A stretch of DNA of 64,000 nucleotides, taken from positions 7,030-71,029 of the forward strand of contig JAAFJH010000001.1 of assembly GCA_013298875.1 (NCBI GenBank), given 5' to 3'. The position numbers and the translations under genes are program-made. The notes under the pieces were generated by a model, which did no database searches, was not told the origin of the DNA, and worked only from the letters and a program-made list of their open reading frames with translations. Below, piece by piece: positions 49,113 through 57,999 of this stretch. Source of the DNA: Synechococcales cyanobacterium bin2.concoct.b11b12b14.033 (GTDB taxonomy: Bacteria; Cyanobacteriota; Vampirovibrionia; Caenarcaniphilales; Caenarcanaceae). Each line of letters opens with the position of its first letter. Within the stretch, counting starts at the first letter, position 1.

Positions 49113-50129
49113 TTGTTGTTAGACTTGCTTATGATTATTCGCCCAGGATTAAGTGTACTCAGACAAGCTTTTTCTCTTACAGATGTTAGTCAAGCTAAAG
49201 CTCCAGTTGAAGTTGAAGATCAATGGAGGAGTGGACTTCGCTTACCAGATGGAATTAATTCTCAGGATTCAGGAATAATACCTACTTCTAATAATAAGCA
49301 GATAACGATTGAAGAGTCTGGCCTATCAGCTTGGGCTTTTAATATCTTGAAAAAAACAGGTTTACTAACTGTAGAAAAAATACTACAATCCATTCAAGAA
49401 AATAATGGAAATCTTCCAAAGGGTACGGTAGAAAATTCAAGCAAAACAGGGCGTGAAATTATAAATTATGCACTAACTAAAAATGCTGAGCAGGAAGGTG
49501 AAACGTCAATTGAAGAGTCTGGCTTGTCAACTAGAGCTTTGAAAATCTTAACTACAGAAGGTTTACTAACTGTAGAAAAAATACTACAATCCATTCAAGA
49601 AAATAATGGAAATCTTCCAGAGGGTACAGTAAAAAACTCAAGCGATACAGGGCGTGAAATTATACATTATGCACTAACTAAAAATGCTGAGCAGGAAGGT
49701 GAAACGTCAATTACGGATACGGAACTTGGTTTAGAGATACAGTATTTTAGTGTTTTATTGAGGAGCGGTTTATTCACCGCCGAAGATGTACTCGAAGCAA
49801 TTCAAGAAAATAATGGAGCTCTTCCTTATGGTACATTAGAAAACTCAAGCCAAACAGGACGTAAAATTATAAATTTTGCCTTAAATATAAATGCTAAGAA
49901 AAAAGATAAAACGTCAATTACGGAACTTAACTTAGACATAAGGTATATTAATGCTTTGTTAAAAAAAGGTTTATTTACGGTTGAAGATGCATTCAAAGCA
50001 CTTTCCCAAAAACAAACAATTTGTAGAGATCAAGGAGTAATTAAAGTAGCTGTTTTAGGGTTTTGGGCTAGACAAAGTGAACAAGCTAAACTTTTGCCTA
50101 CTGGATTAAAAGCAAAAGAGGCGGACTAG
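49113..50129 (+). CDS. Protein composed of four tandem RNA-polymerase-alpha-CTD-like helix-hairpin-helix repeats
   Basis: 338 aa; four units of 67-69 aa (IEESGLSxxALKILxxxGLLTVEKILQ...GRExIxYAL...) match the alpha-CTD pattern E-L-x-L-S-V-R-x-x-N-x-L-K-x-x-G-I-x-T-V-x-D-L. The underlying 201-bp DNA repeats R1 and R2 are nearly identical. Confidence 0.55.
   Translation: MLLDLLMIIRPGLSVLRQAFSLTDVSQAKAPVEVEDQWRSGLRLPDGINSQDSGIIPTSNNKQITIEESGLSAWAFNILKKTGLLTVEKILQSIQENNGNLPKGTVENSSKTGREIINYALTKNAEQEGETSIEESGLSTRALKILTTEGLLTVEKILQSIQENNGNLPEGTVKNSSDTGREIIHYALTKNAEQEGETSITDTELGLEIQYFSVLLRSGLFTAEDVLEAIQENNGALPYGTLENSSQTGRKIINFALNINAKKKDKTSITELNLDIRYINALLKKGLFTVEDAFKALSQKQTICRDQGVIKVAVLGFWARQSEQAKLLPTGLKAKEAD
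49308..50129 (+). repeat. Tandem array of four 201-207-bp coding repeats (starts 49308, 49509, 49710, 49917)
   Basis: R1 vs R2 about 90% nucleotide identity over 201 bp; R3 and R4 are progressively diverged. Confidence 0.8.
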
Positions 50130-50181
50130 TTAAAGCCAACCTCTTAAGATTTTAAATTATCAAGTTTTAAGTATCTAAAGC

Positions 50182-50688
50182 TTATAAATTATTTTTGAAA
50201 TAACTATAGTCTTCTTCATTTTTAGGTTTTGCACCTACAATGATTTTACCGCCTTTGATTTGTTCCTCATACTCTTTAGCTTCACTTTCGGCTATGCCCA
50301 TACCTACTAATGCTCCCACTAATCCACCAGTAAGACCACCAGCTCCGGCTCCGGCAAGTGCGGCAGCAAGAGGTCCGGCTACTACTAATCCTAAACCAGG
50401 AAGAAATAATGAAGTACCAATTGCAGCTATAGCAGCAGTGGTTGCTCCAATAACACTACCAACAGCAGAACCTACACCACTTCCTTCTTTAGCAGCTTCT
50501 TCTAAGCGTTCTGGATGATTCATTGTACCGTGATATTTTTTTCTGGTTTCATCCGACATCATCAAAGCAATTTCTTTATCGGTATAGCCTCTAGCTTTAT
50601 ATTTATCATAGGCAGACATTGCACTATCATAATCGGCATAATCTTTTCCAAAAAAGTTCTTTTGGTTATTTTGAGTTGAGGTTTCCAT
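50182..50688 (-). CDS. Glycine-zipper (GxxxG-rich) membrane protein, general-stress-protein-like
   Basis: 168 aa; hydrophilic N-terminus, then about 60 aa of G/A-rich helices (GSGVGSAVGSVIGATTAAIAAIG...GLTGGLVGALVGMG); the coding strand is GC-rich relative to its surroundings. Confidence 0.45.
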   Translation of the reverse strand: METSTQNNQKNFFGKDYADYDSAMSAYDKYKARGYTDKEIALMMSDETRKKYHGTMNHPERLEEAAKEGSGVGSAVGSVIGATTAAIAAIGTSLFLPGLGLVVAGPLAAALAGAGAGGLTGGLVGALVGMGIAESEAKEYEEQIKGGKIIVGAKPKNEEDYSYFKNNL

Positions 50689-50820
50689 AAAATTATCCTA
50701 TTGTTATCTGCTCACTTAAAAAGCCTACCACCCTAGATAATTAATAAACCTTAAAATTTAATTAAGATGAAAATCCAAATTATAACAAAAACTATGCCAT
50801 TTGTAAAGTTTATTTTTTAT

Positions 50821-52422
50821 TTATAAGCAAAACCAATTCAATAAAGATTTTCCGGTCATTTGGTCAGGCTTTTCGATGTGCATTAATTTTAAAACCGTGG
50901 GAGCAATATCACATAAAGCACCATTTTGAAGTTTATGGTTTTTATATTCTTCACTCACTAAAATAAAAGGTACCAAATTTAAACTATGAGCCGTTCTAAT
51001 ACTTCCATCCGGATTAATCATTTGGTCAGCATTTCCATGGTCAGCGGTAATTAATAAATTAACTTTTTTCTTCAAACATAATTCACTTAAGTCTTTCAAA
51101 GCTAAATCAATATATTCAATTGCTTTGGAAGCGGCTGTAAAAATACCTGAATGCCCAACCATATCTGCATTAGCAAAATTAGCCACAATTAAATCAAATT
51201 TATCGCTTTCAATCGCATTAATTAAAGCACTCATAATTCCTGGTAAGCTCATTTCGGGCTGCAGGTCATAAGTGGCAACTTTTGGAGAAGGTATTAAAAT
51301 TCTTTCTTCACCGTCAAAAGGATTTTCCAGGCTTTGATTGAAAAAGCTAGTTACATGTCTAAACTTTTCAGTTTCTGCTATACGTAATTGTTTTAAGCCT
51401 GTTTGTGACACAATTTCTCCCAAACTCAAGCTTTTATCCTGGGCAGGAAAGGAAGATTCATGAAAAGCAACTGGTACAATTGGGTTAGCACCAGCTTCTG
51501 CACAGTCTAAAGAATTATCATAGCTAGTAAGACAAACATAATTAATTTGTGGAAAAATATCTCTTTCAAAACCGGTAAAATTCTTTTGGGTTAAAACCGT
51601 TGTTATTTGCCTAGCCCGGTCAGGACGGAAATTAAAGAAAATTACTCCATCTCCATTTTTGATAGTGCTGTCTAGACCTACAAAATAAGTTGGCTGTATA
51701 AACTCATCACTGTTTTCGGCTGGAGTATATAAACCATGTGGTCTAGTATAAGCTTCCTGAACTGCACTGGTGGGGTTTTGGCTAATAAGCCCTTGATTTT
51801 TAGTTAATAAATTCCAGTATTTTTTAATTCTTTCCCAATTATTATCACGATCCATAGCCCAATAGCGGCCACAGACTGAGCCAATTTTGCCATTATTTGT
51901 ACGGCTTAATTTGTTTTGTAAATCTTTTAATAAATGAAGACAATTTTTCTGTGGATCATCTCGGCCGTCTAGGATTGGATGTATGAAAAAGCTGATATTA
52001 TCTCTCTCGGCCCAATCGATTAAAGCATATAAATGCCCTAAATGACTATGCACATCCCCTTCACTCAATAAACCAATTAAGTGCAATTTTTTATTAGTAG
52101 CTTTAGTTTGGCTAAATAAACTTTGCAAAGTTTGATTTTGAAAAAAGCTTTTATTTTCAATGGCTTCGCTGATTAAAGTTAATTTTTGTTTTGAGGCACG
52201 TCCAGCACCAATATTTTCATGACCCACTTCAGAATTGCCCATTACTCCTACTGGTAAACCAACGGCTTTTCCACTTGCCTCCAGTTGACTATTTGGATAA
52301 TCCTCAAGCAATTGATTAAAAACGGGCGGATTAACTTTAGCAATGGCACTTTGCTCTTTATTCGGATTTATACCCCAACCATCTAAAATTAATAAAACGG
52401 TTTTTTTATTTTCTTCAGTCAT
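50821..52422 (-). CDS. gpmI: 2,3-bisphosphoglycerate-independent phosphoglycerate mutase
   Basis: 533 aa; N-terminal LLILDGWGI, catalytic Ser region, metal-binding ADHGN and TADHGNA motifs. Confidence 0.95.
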   Translation of the reverse strand: MTEENKKTVLLILDGWGINPNKEQSAIAKVNPPVFNQLLEDYPNSQLEASGKAVGLPVGVMGNSEVGHENIGAGRASKQKLTLISEAIENKSFFQNQTLQSLFSQTKATNKKLHLIGLLSEGDVHSHLGHLYALIDWAERDNISFFIHPILDGRDDPQKNCLHLLKDLQNKLSRTNNGKIGSVCGRYWAMDRDNNWERIKKYWNLLTKNQGLISQNPTSAVQEAYTRPHGLYTPAENSDEFIQPTYFVGLDSTIKNGDGVIFFNFRPDRARQITTVLTQKNFTGFERDIFPQINYVCLTSYDNSLDCAEAGANPIVPVAFHESSFPAQDKSLSLGEIVSQTGLKQLRIAETEKFRHVTSFFNQSLENPFDGEERILIPSPKVATYDLQPEMSLPGIMSALINAIESDKFDLIVANFANADMVGHSGIFTAASKAIEYIDLALKDLSELCLKKKVNLLITADHGNADQMINPDGSIRTAHSLNLVPFILVSEEYKNHKLQNGALCDIAPTVLKLMHIEKPDQMTGKSLLNWFCL

Positions 52423-52503
52423 TTTTATTATGTTGAATCAGCTATTCTTCAATTTTATCCTCTCTTTCTTTTTGTGAGTTAAGTAACCAATAAAAAAATA
52501 AAA

Positions 52504-53811
52504 TTAAACGTTCAAATTAATACGAGCTAAATTCTGGGCACCTGGGAGTTTAACTAAAAGAACATTACTTTCAATTACCGAATTTCTTTCTAAAACTGGG
52601 CCTACCAAAGCACTGCAACCAATACGTCCATAGGCAGGAATTTGGTTGGCCAATAAGCAGTTAGCGGCTGGTATTTGTCTATTCCATTTAACCGGAAACG
52701 ATTTTTGCGTAAAGAAATCAATAATTTTTGTTCTCTCGGCACTCATCGCAGCTCTTAAAGCCCCATTTAACTGAATACTATGAGGACTATTATTTTTTAC
52801 TGTCCAGAAAACTTTAGCTTCGCTGCCATCAGGTGATACAGCCACCGAATTTAATTCATAAACAATATCTTTAATTGGGCCTTGCACGGTTGCAATTGTA
52901 TAAGCAGCGGGTGAACTCCCTCCTTCGATTACTTGGCTGTAAGCCTGATTATCTTGATTTTCCGAACGTAATATTCCCTGGGTATTATAATCATTAATAT
53001 TTCTTCTTTCAGCTTGTCCATAGTTTGGGCTCATATCCTCGGGGTTATAATTTTGATTTTCAGGTGTTATGCCATTCCAAATTTCCACCGACGAAGCTGT
53101 GTTTGGATTAGGGCAATTGCAAATACAATGAATTTGAGTTGGATGATTATTATAATAATTATTTACTCTAGCAATATGTTTGTCTAGTTGAGTTGGTGGT
53201 CTTTTTTTAATAGTATGTGAAGTGTCGCCTGGCGGAATTGCCCTCTGATAGTGATTATCAGGCGAATTGTTTTGATTATTATAATTAGTCGGTGAATTTT
53301 GGGCTGGGTTTTGGCTTAATTCATTATCATTATTAGATTGGACATTATTATTTTCGGGTACTGGAGCTGGAGAGGGCGGCAAATTCAAGCTACTTTCAGT
53401 ATTTAATCCTTCTTTTGAATTTTCTTGCACTTCCTTATTTTCATTAGGCAAGTCGAATGGCAAAGTATTTTCTAAAGCGGCTCGATAAGCACTCAAATTA
53501 ATAGCAAAATCATTTACTAAACTTTGGGTAAAATTTTTATCTTTCAATTCGGTTAATAAATTATCTTCTAATAATTGTTCGTCAATCACTCTCTGAGATA
53601 GGTCATCAACTTCTTGATTGCTAGTAGTTGCTTCATTATTTTGAGCTTGTTCTTCGAGGCCTAAAATAGCGTCATTAGCGGACAGATTAACAGCTTGCTC
53701 GGTGAACTGTGTATTTTGAGATTGTTGCCAAAAATAACGGCCAGCAAAAAATATAATTACTCCTAAAATACAAATTGCTAACAAGCGAGAGATGATATTA
53801 ATGCTTATCAT
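52504..53811 (-). CDS. Hypothetical membrane-anchored protein with Asn/Gln/Pro-rich low-complexity region
   Basis: 435 aa; N-terminal TM helix, about 250 aa of N/Q/P/S-rich sequence, about 150-aa C-terminal globular domain. Confidence 0.45.
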   Translation of the reverse strand: MISINIISRLLAICILGVIIFFAGRYFWQQSQNTQFTEQAVNLSANDAILGLEEQAQNNEATTSNQEVDDLSQRVIDEQLLEDNLLTELKDKNFTQSLVNDFAINLSAYRAALENTLPFDLPNENKEVQENSKEGLNTESSLNLPPSPAPVPENNNVQSNNDNELSQNPAQNSPTNYNNQNNSPDNHYQRAIPPGDTSHTIKKRPPTQLDKHIARVNNYYNNHPTQIHCICNCPNPNTASSVEIWNGITPENQNYNPEDMSPNYGQAERRNINDYNTQGILRSENQDNQAYSQVIEGGSSPAAYTIATVQGPIKDIVYELNSVAVSPDGSEAKVFWTVKNNSPHSIQLNGALRAAMSAERTKIIDFFTQKSFPVKWNRQIPAANCLLANQIPAYGRIGCSALVGPVLERNSVIESNVLLVKLPGAQNLARINLNV

Positions 53812-53992
53812 GAAGGTTTAATTTAATTTATATAGCGTATTAACTTTATGGTTTTATCTTAACATATTAAGTTTTTGAAATTGCAGTTATATTTACAATT
53901 TTTATTTTTACAACTAATTATTTGATTTAAAAGTGCTTTAGAAGCTGTTACTGTTAAAATAATCTTTCTCAGATTTTTATTTTTATTTTCTA

Positions 53993-55285
53993 ATGTCTAC
54001 TTCTTTATCGCCTGAACTTAATTTATTCATTTGTGCTGGTGAGTCATCTGGCGATTCGCACGCCGCAGAAATTATTTTAGCTCTCAAAGAATTACTAACT
54101 ACTCAAAATTCCGGCATAAATTTGAAAGCTTGGGGAATGGGTGGGACTAAGTTAAAAGAAGCTGGCCTTGAAATTATTCAGGATTCCACTAATTTGGGCA
54201 TAATTGGAATTGCTGATATTATCAAGAATTTGGGCTTTTTTATTAAGCTAGAACAAAGACTAATCCAAGAATTAATTGCTCGCAAACCTCAAATTGCTCT
54301 TTTTATTGATTATCCTGGTTTGAATTTACGTTTAGCAAAAGCCATCAGAAAACATGTACCAAGCTGCAAAATTATTTATTATGTGGCACCACAAGTTTGG
54401 GCTTGGAATGAAGGACGTTTAAAACAAATTCCTAATTTAGTAGACCGTTTATTTCCAATTTTACCTTTTGAAGAAGATTTGCATAAAAAAGCTGGCACTT
54501 CTGCTAAGTATGTAGGCAATCCGTCAGCTTGGATTATTGGGCAAGTAGAAAAGATTTTTGATAAACAAAAGTTTTTTGATTTTATGGGTTTTGATATAAA
54601 TAAACCTTTAATTGGTATATTCCCTGGCTCTCGCAATCGAGAAATTGAGTATATGCTGCCAGTATTTTTGGAGGCTGCTAAAGAATTAAATAAAACAAAT
54701 CCAGAAATTCAGTTTTTATTAGTGCGAGCAAACAGCATCAAGGCCGAAAAAATTGAACAATATTTACAAAAACACAATATAAAAGAAAACCTAATTAAAG
54801 TCTCAGACTCTCAATATAATCATTATATTTTAAAAGGTTTGGATATTGCTTGGCTTACGTCAGGAACAGTAACGCTTGAAGCCGCTTGTACCGAAACTCC
54901 TTTAATTTTGGGCTATCGAGAAAATCCTTTATTTTGGCCATTTTATTTATTAGTGCGGAAAATAGACAAAATTGGTTTACCAAATATTATTGCTAATGAA
55001 AGTATTTGCCCCGAATTATTACAAAAAGATTGCACACCGGAAAACTGGATTGATCTGACTCAAAAGTGGCTAGCAGAACCAGAGTTATTAGAAGATATTA
55101 AAAAGAATTTACGAGACAAAGTAAAAGCCAAATTAAAGCCCGAATTAGACCCAACTTTATATATTGCCCAAGAAATTCAAACTATTTACCAAATCGGAGA
55201 AGCCAGCTTAATAAATGCTTCTCATATCAAAGAACAAGCCAAAATAAATAGTGCCAAAACCAAAAGTGAAATCATCAGAAAGTAA
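53993..55285 (+). CDS. lpxB: Lipid-A-disaccharide synthase
   Basis: 430 aa; N-terminal GExSGD motif (ICAGESSGDSHAAEII) and GT-B fold blocks of LpxB. Confidence 0.9.
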   Translation: MSTSLSPELNLFICAGESSGDSHAAEIILALKELLTTQNSGINLKAWGMGGTKLKEAGLEIIQDSTNLGIIGIADIIKNLGFFIKLEQRLIQELIARKPQIALFIDYPGLNLRLAKAIRKHVPSCKIIYYVAPQVWAWNEGRLKQIPNLVDRLFPILPFEEDLHKKAGTSAKYVGNPSAWIIGQVEKIFDKQKFFDFMGFDINKPLIGIFPGSRNREIEYMLPVFLEAAKELNKTNPEIQFLLVRANSIKAEKIEQYLQKHNIKENLIKVSDSQYNHYILKGLDIAWLTSGTVTLEAACTETPLILGYRENPLFWPFYLLVRKIDKIGLPNIIANESICPELLQKDCTPENWIDLTQKWLAEPELLEDIKKNLRDKVKAKLKPELDPTLYIAQEIQTIYQIGEASLINASHIKEQAKINSAKTKSEIIRK

Positions 55286-55300
55286 TAATTTACTTTATTC

Positions 55301-56038
55301 TTAGGCTTTAACCGCAACGCCAATATAAGAAAGCAATAAACTTTTTGTCAATTCAAACCTTAAAGTTTTTGGCACAATACCGCTAAATAAACTACTAGAT
55401 GGAATACTCGATAAAACTGGCTTAATACCGACCATTTCAGTTACATTCATACTTGCATTCAGGCAATATTGCTTTAATTCACTTGGCTTAATGAATAAAT
55501 GTAAAACGTGCAAATTTTTTGGTGTTTTTTTAATCAGCCATTCCACCATTTTTATAATTACTAAATAAGCCACCAAGTTCCGATTAAAAGTATGAAAAAT
55601 AAATAAACCTTTTGGTTTTAAAACCCGAGAAAACTCCTTAATAATTTCAGCTGGTTTATCAACATGCTCCAAAAAGTCCATTGCAGTAATAATATCAAAG
55701 CTTTGGTCTGCAAAAGATAAGCGATAAGCATCCGCCACTTGATAATTAACACTATTTGTTTCATCGTGATTTTTAGCAACTTTTAAGCTTTCAGCGGATA
55801 AATCAATTCCAGTAACTTGTAAATTTTGCTTGGCTAAAGCATTGCTCAAAAAGCCGCCACCGCAGCCAACATCTAACACTTTAGTATTTGTATTTAAATA
55901 ATTATATTCTTTTATTTTGTCAATAATCCACGGAGTTTTAGTTTTCGATTCAGCTCTTAATAAAGCAACTGGGTCATCATCAGCCGTATACCAGCGATCG
56001 CCGTATTCATCATAAATGTCATTATTTACTTTTTCCAT
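55301..56038 (-). CDS. Class I SAM-dependent methyltransferase (UbiG/UbiE-like)
   Basis: 245 aa; motif I VLDVGCGGGFLS, motif post-I GIDLS, motif II ITAMDFLEH. Confidence 0.7.
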   Translation of the reverse strand: MEKVNNDIYDEYGDRWYTADDDPVALLRAESKTKTPWIIDKIKEYNYLNTNTKVLDVGCGGGFLSNALAKQNLQVTGIDLSAESLKVAKNHDETNSVNYQVADAYRLSFADQSFDIITAMDFLEHVDKPAEIIKEFSRVLKPKGLFIFHTFNRNLVAYLVIIKMVEWLIKKTPKNLHVLHLFIKPSELKQYCLNASMNVTEMVGIKPVLSSIPSSSLFSGIVPKTLRFELTKSLLLSYIGVAVKA

Positions 56039-56075
56039 AATTCAATAATATCAACCAATCAAGCCTTTGAATGAA

Positions 56076-56798
56076 TTATCTTTTAGGTTGCATAATTTGC
56101 CTCAATAAATTAATTGAATGAATGGTGCTTGTATATTCAGGAAAATTACCTTCTTTTTGAAATAAATTTTTGGCTTCTTCATGATCATTCATTGAGTCGT
56201 GATATTGATGTAATTTATATTTAGCATAAGCTCTTAATTTATAAGCTTGAGCTAAGTCTGATTGGCGGATTAAAGCTTCATCTAAGTCAGTCAAGGCATT
56301 TCGATATTCACCGATTTTGATTTTAGCATTGGCTCTTTGCAGAAATAAAATTGGTAAATTATCATCAATATTAATGGCTTTTGAATAGTCTTTAATGGCA
56401 GCTATAAAGTCGCCGCTGAGTTCTTTTTGTTGGCCTTGTTTCAAATAAAAATTAGCACTGTCTGGGTTTAAAGTTAAAGCATAAGCAAAATCTTCATTGG
56501 CTAATTTATTTTCGCCCTGTGCTTTGAGAGATTTCCCTCGGGCTAAATAAGCTTTGCCAAAATTGGGATTTAATTCAATTGCTTTATTAAAATCTTCCTC
56601 CGCTCCTTTATAATCAAGTAAGTTTAATTTGGACAGGCCTCTTTCATAGAAATCAGCTGAGGTTTTTACTTGTTCTGAGCGCACTTTATCAAATTCAGCA
56701 ATAAAAGAATTGTCATTTGCAGCTCTGCCGGAAAGAATTGGAAGGCAAGTTAAGCTTAAAAATAAAAAGCTCTTGAAAATAAAATCAAATTTTTGCAT
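56076..56798 (-). CDS. TPR-repeat protein (signal peptide; periplasmic/lipoprotein?)
   Basis: 240 aa; signal peptide then at least 5 TPR-like 34-mers (AxxDFxKAIELNP..., AYxxRGxxxxxxG...). Confidence 0.65.
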   Translation of the reverse strand: MQKFDFIFKSFLFLSLTCLPILSGRAANDNSFIAEFDKVRSEQVKTSADFYERGLSKLNLLDYKGAEEDFNKAIELNPNFGKAYLARGKSLKAQGENKLANEDFAYALTLNPDSANFYLKQGQQKELSGDFIAAIKDYSKAINIDDNLPILFLQRANAKIKIGEYRNALTDLDEALIRQSDLAQAYKLRAYAKYKLHQYHDSMNDHEEAKNLFQKEGNFPEYTSTIHSINLLRQIMQPKR

Positions 56799-56803
56799 AA
56801 GTT

Positions 56804-57310
56804 TTATTTCTGGAAGGAAGCAGAAGCATTTTTTACTTTAGAATTAAGGTTTGGATTTTTAGACTTAGCTAAAAGAGCAAAAACTATTTTCTGTCTGTCC
56901 CGAAGCCTAGTTAATTGTTTAGAAGTGAGTTGTCCTTTAACTAATAGCCAAGTTTCAAGTTGATAATTCCGTAAAGTCTGATAATTATTGTCTAATTCTT
57001 TATTTCTTTTAACTAAAGCTGAGCCTTTTATATTCTCTTGCAGAGCTTCGTCTAAGTAATTTTTCATTAAATTAATAGATTTATCTTGCAATTCTCGGGT
57101 TTTATCAGCTCTCTGAGTCAAAATTGCTTCGATTTTTTCTTGTTGTTCAGGAGCCAAATCTTCTAATTCAAGCACCGATTTTATTAAAGATTGAATGCCG
57201 GGCTTATTTTCTACTTTTAAAGTTTTGGGCTTGGCAAAAATTGAACTAGAAACAAAAAAACTAATTAGAAGTAAAAAAGCAAATTTATTTTTATGCGAGT
57301 AAAAAAACAT
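56804..57310 (-). CDS. Periplasmic LTXXQ-motif protein (Spy/CpxP-like)
   Basis: 168 aa; signal peptide, helical, contains LAPEQ and QLTSKQLTRL LTXXQ-type motifs. Confidence 0.4.
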   Translation of the reverse strand: MFFYSHKNKFAFLLLISFFVSSSIFAKPKTLKVENKPGIQSLIKSVLELEDLAPEQQEKIEAILTQRADKTRELQDKSINLMKNYLDEALQENIKGSALVKRNKELDNNYQTLRNYQLETWLLVKGQLTSKQLTRLRDRQKIVFALLAKSKNPNLNSKVKNASASFQK

Positions 57311-57414
57311 ACAAATTCAATAACCTTAAAAAACAAATATTTTAAAAATCAATTTTAGCTAAAAAGACTTTTTCTTTAAGGAATTGTTCCACTTTTATTA
57401 TTTTCTTAATTAAG

Positions 57415-57837
57415 TTATTTTTCGTAATCATTTATTCGGTCAATCAATTCTTGCTCAGAAAGACCTTTTAAGCGATCATAATTTAATTTAAAAAGCCAAA
57501 TCGCACGCTGAGCATCTTCTTCAGATAAAATCGTGAATTGAACCCAACCATCATAAACTCCACCCCCATATTCAAATACTTTCGCCAAATCTTTTTCAAT
57601 TAATTTAACTTTTAATTCTTGATTAGTTGCTAAATGAACTTCTCCCGAAAGATGAATATGTCCAATTTCCTCTTCCTTTAAGTAAAAATCAGCACCGTCA
57701 ACAATATTTGGCTGATACAAATCCCAGTGAGCCACGGAAATTATATTGGGTAAAGCCTGCACTGCTTGAGAGGTTAATTCTGCAAAATTATCGAAAATTG
57801 GTGGAGCTTGAATTTTTCCTTTTTCTTTTAATTTCAT
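57415..57837 (-). CDS. Hypothetical protein
   Basis: 140 aa; no motif I can name with confidence. Confidence 0.35.
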   Translation of the reverse strand: MKLKEKGKIQAPPIFDNFAELTSQAVQALPNIISVAHWDLYQPNIVDGADFYLKEEEIGHIHLSGEVHLATNQELKVKLIEKDLAKVFEYGGGVYDGWVQFTILSEEDAQRAIWLFKLNYDRLKGLSEQELIDRINDYEK

Positions 57838-57999
57838 AATTTAAAAAGATATTTTAATGAAGGGATTGAAGAACGTCTGAAAGGAAGCTTTAAGTAAACT
57901 AATTAGAAGCGGCATAACTGAAGAACAAGCCAAAAATATTTTAGGATTATAGAATTGTAAACCAGCTTAATTGAGAAAGCATTAGGGAAATAATAAATT

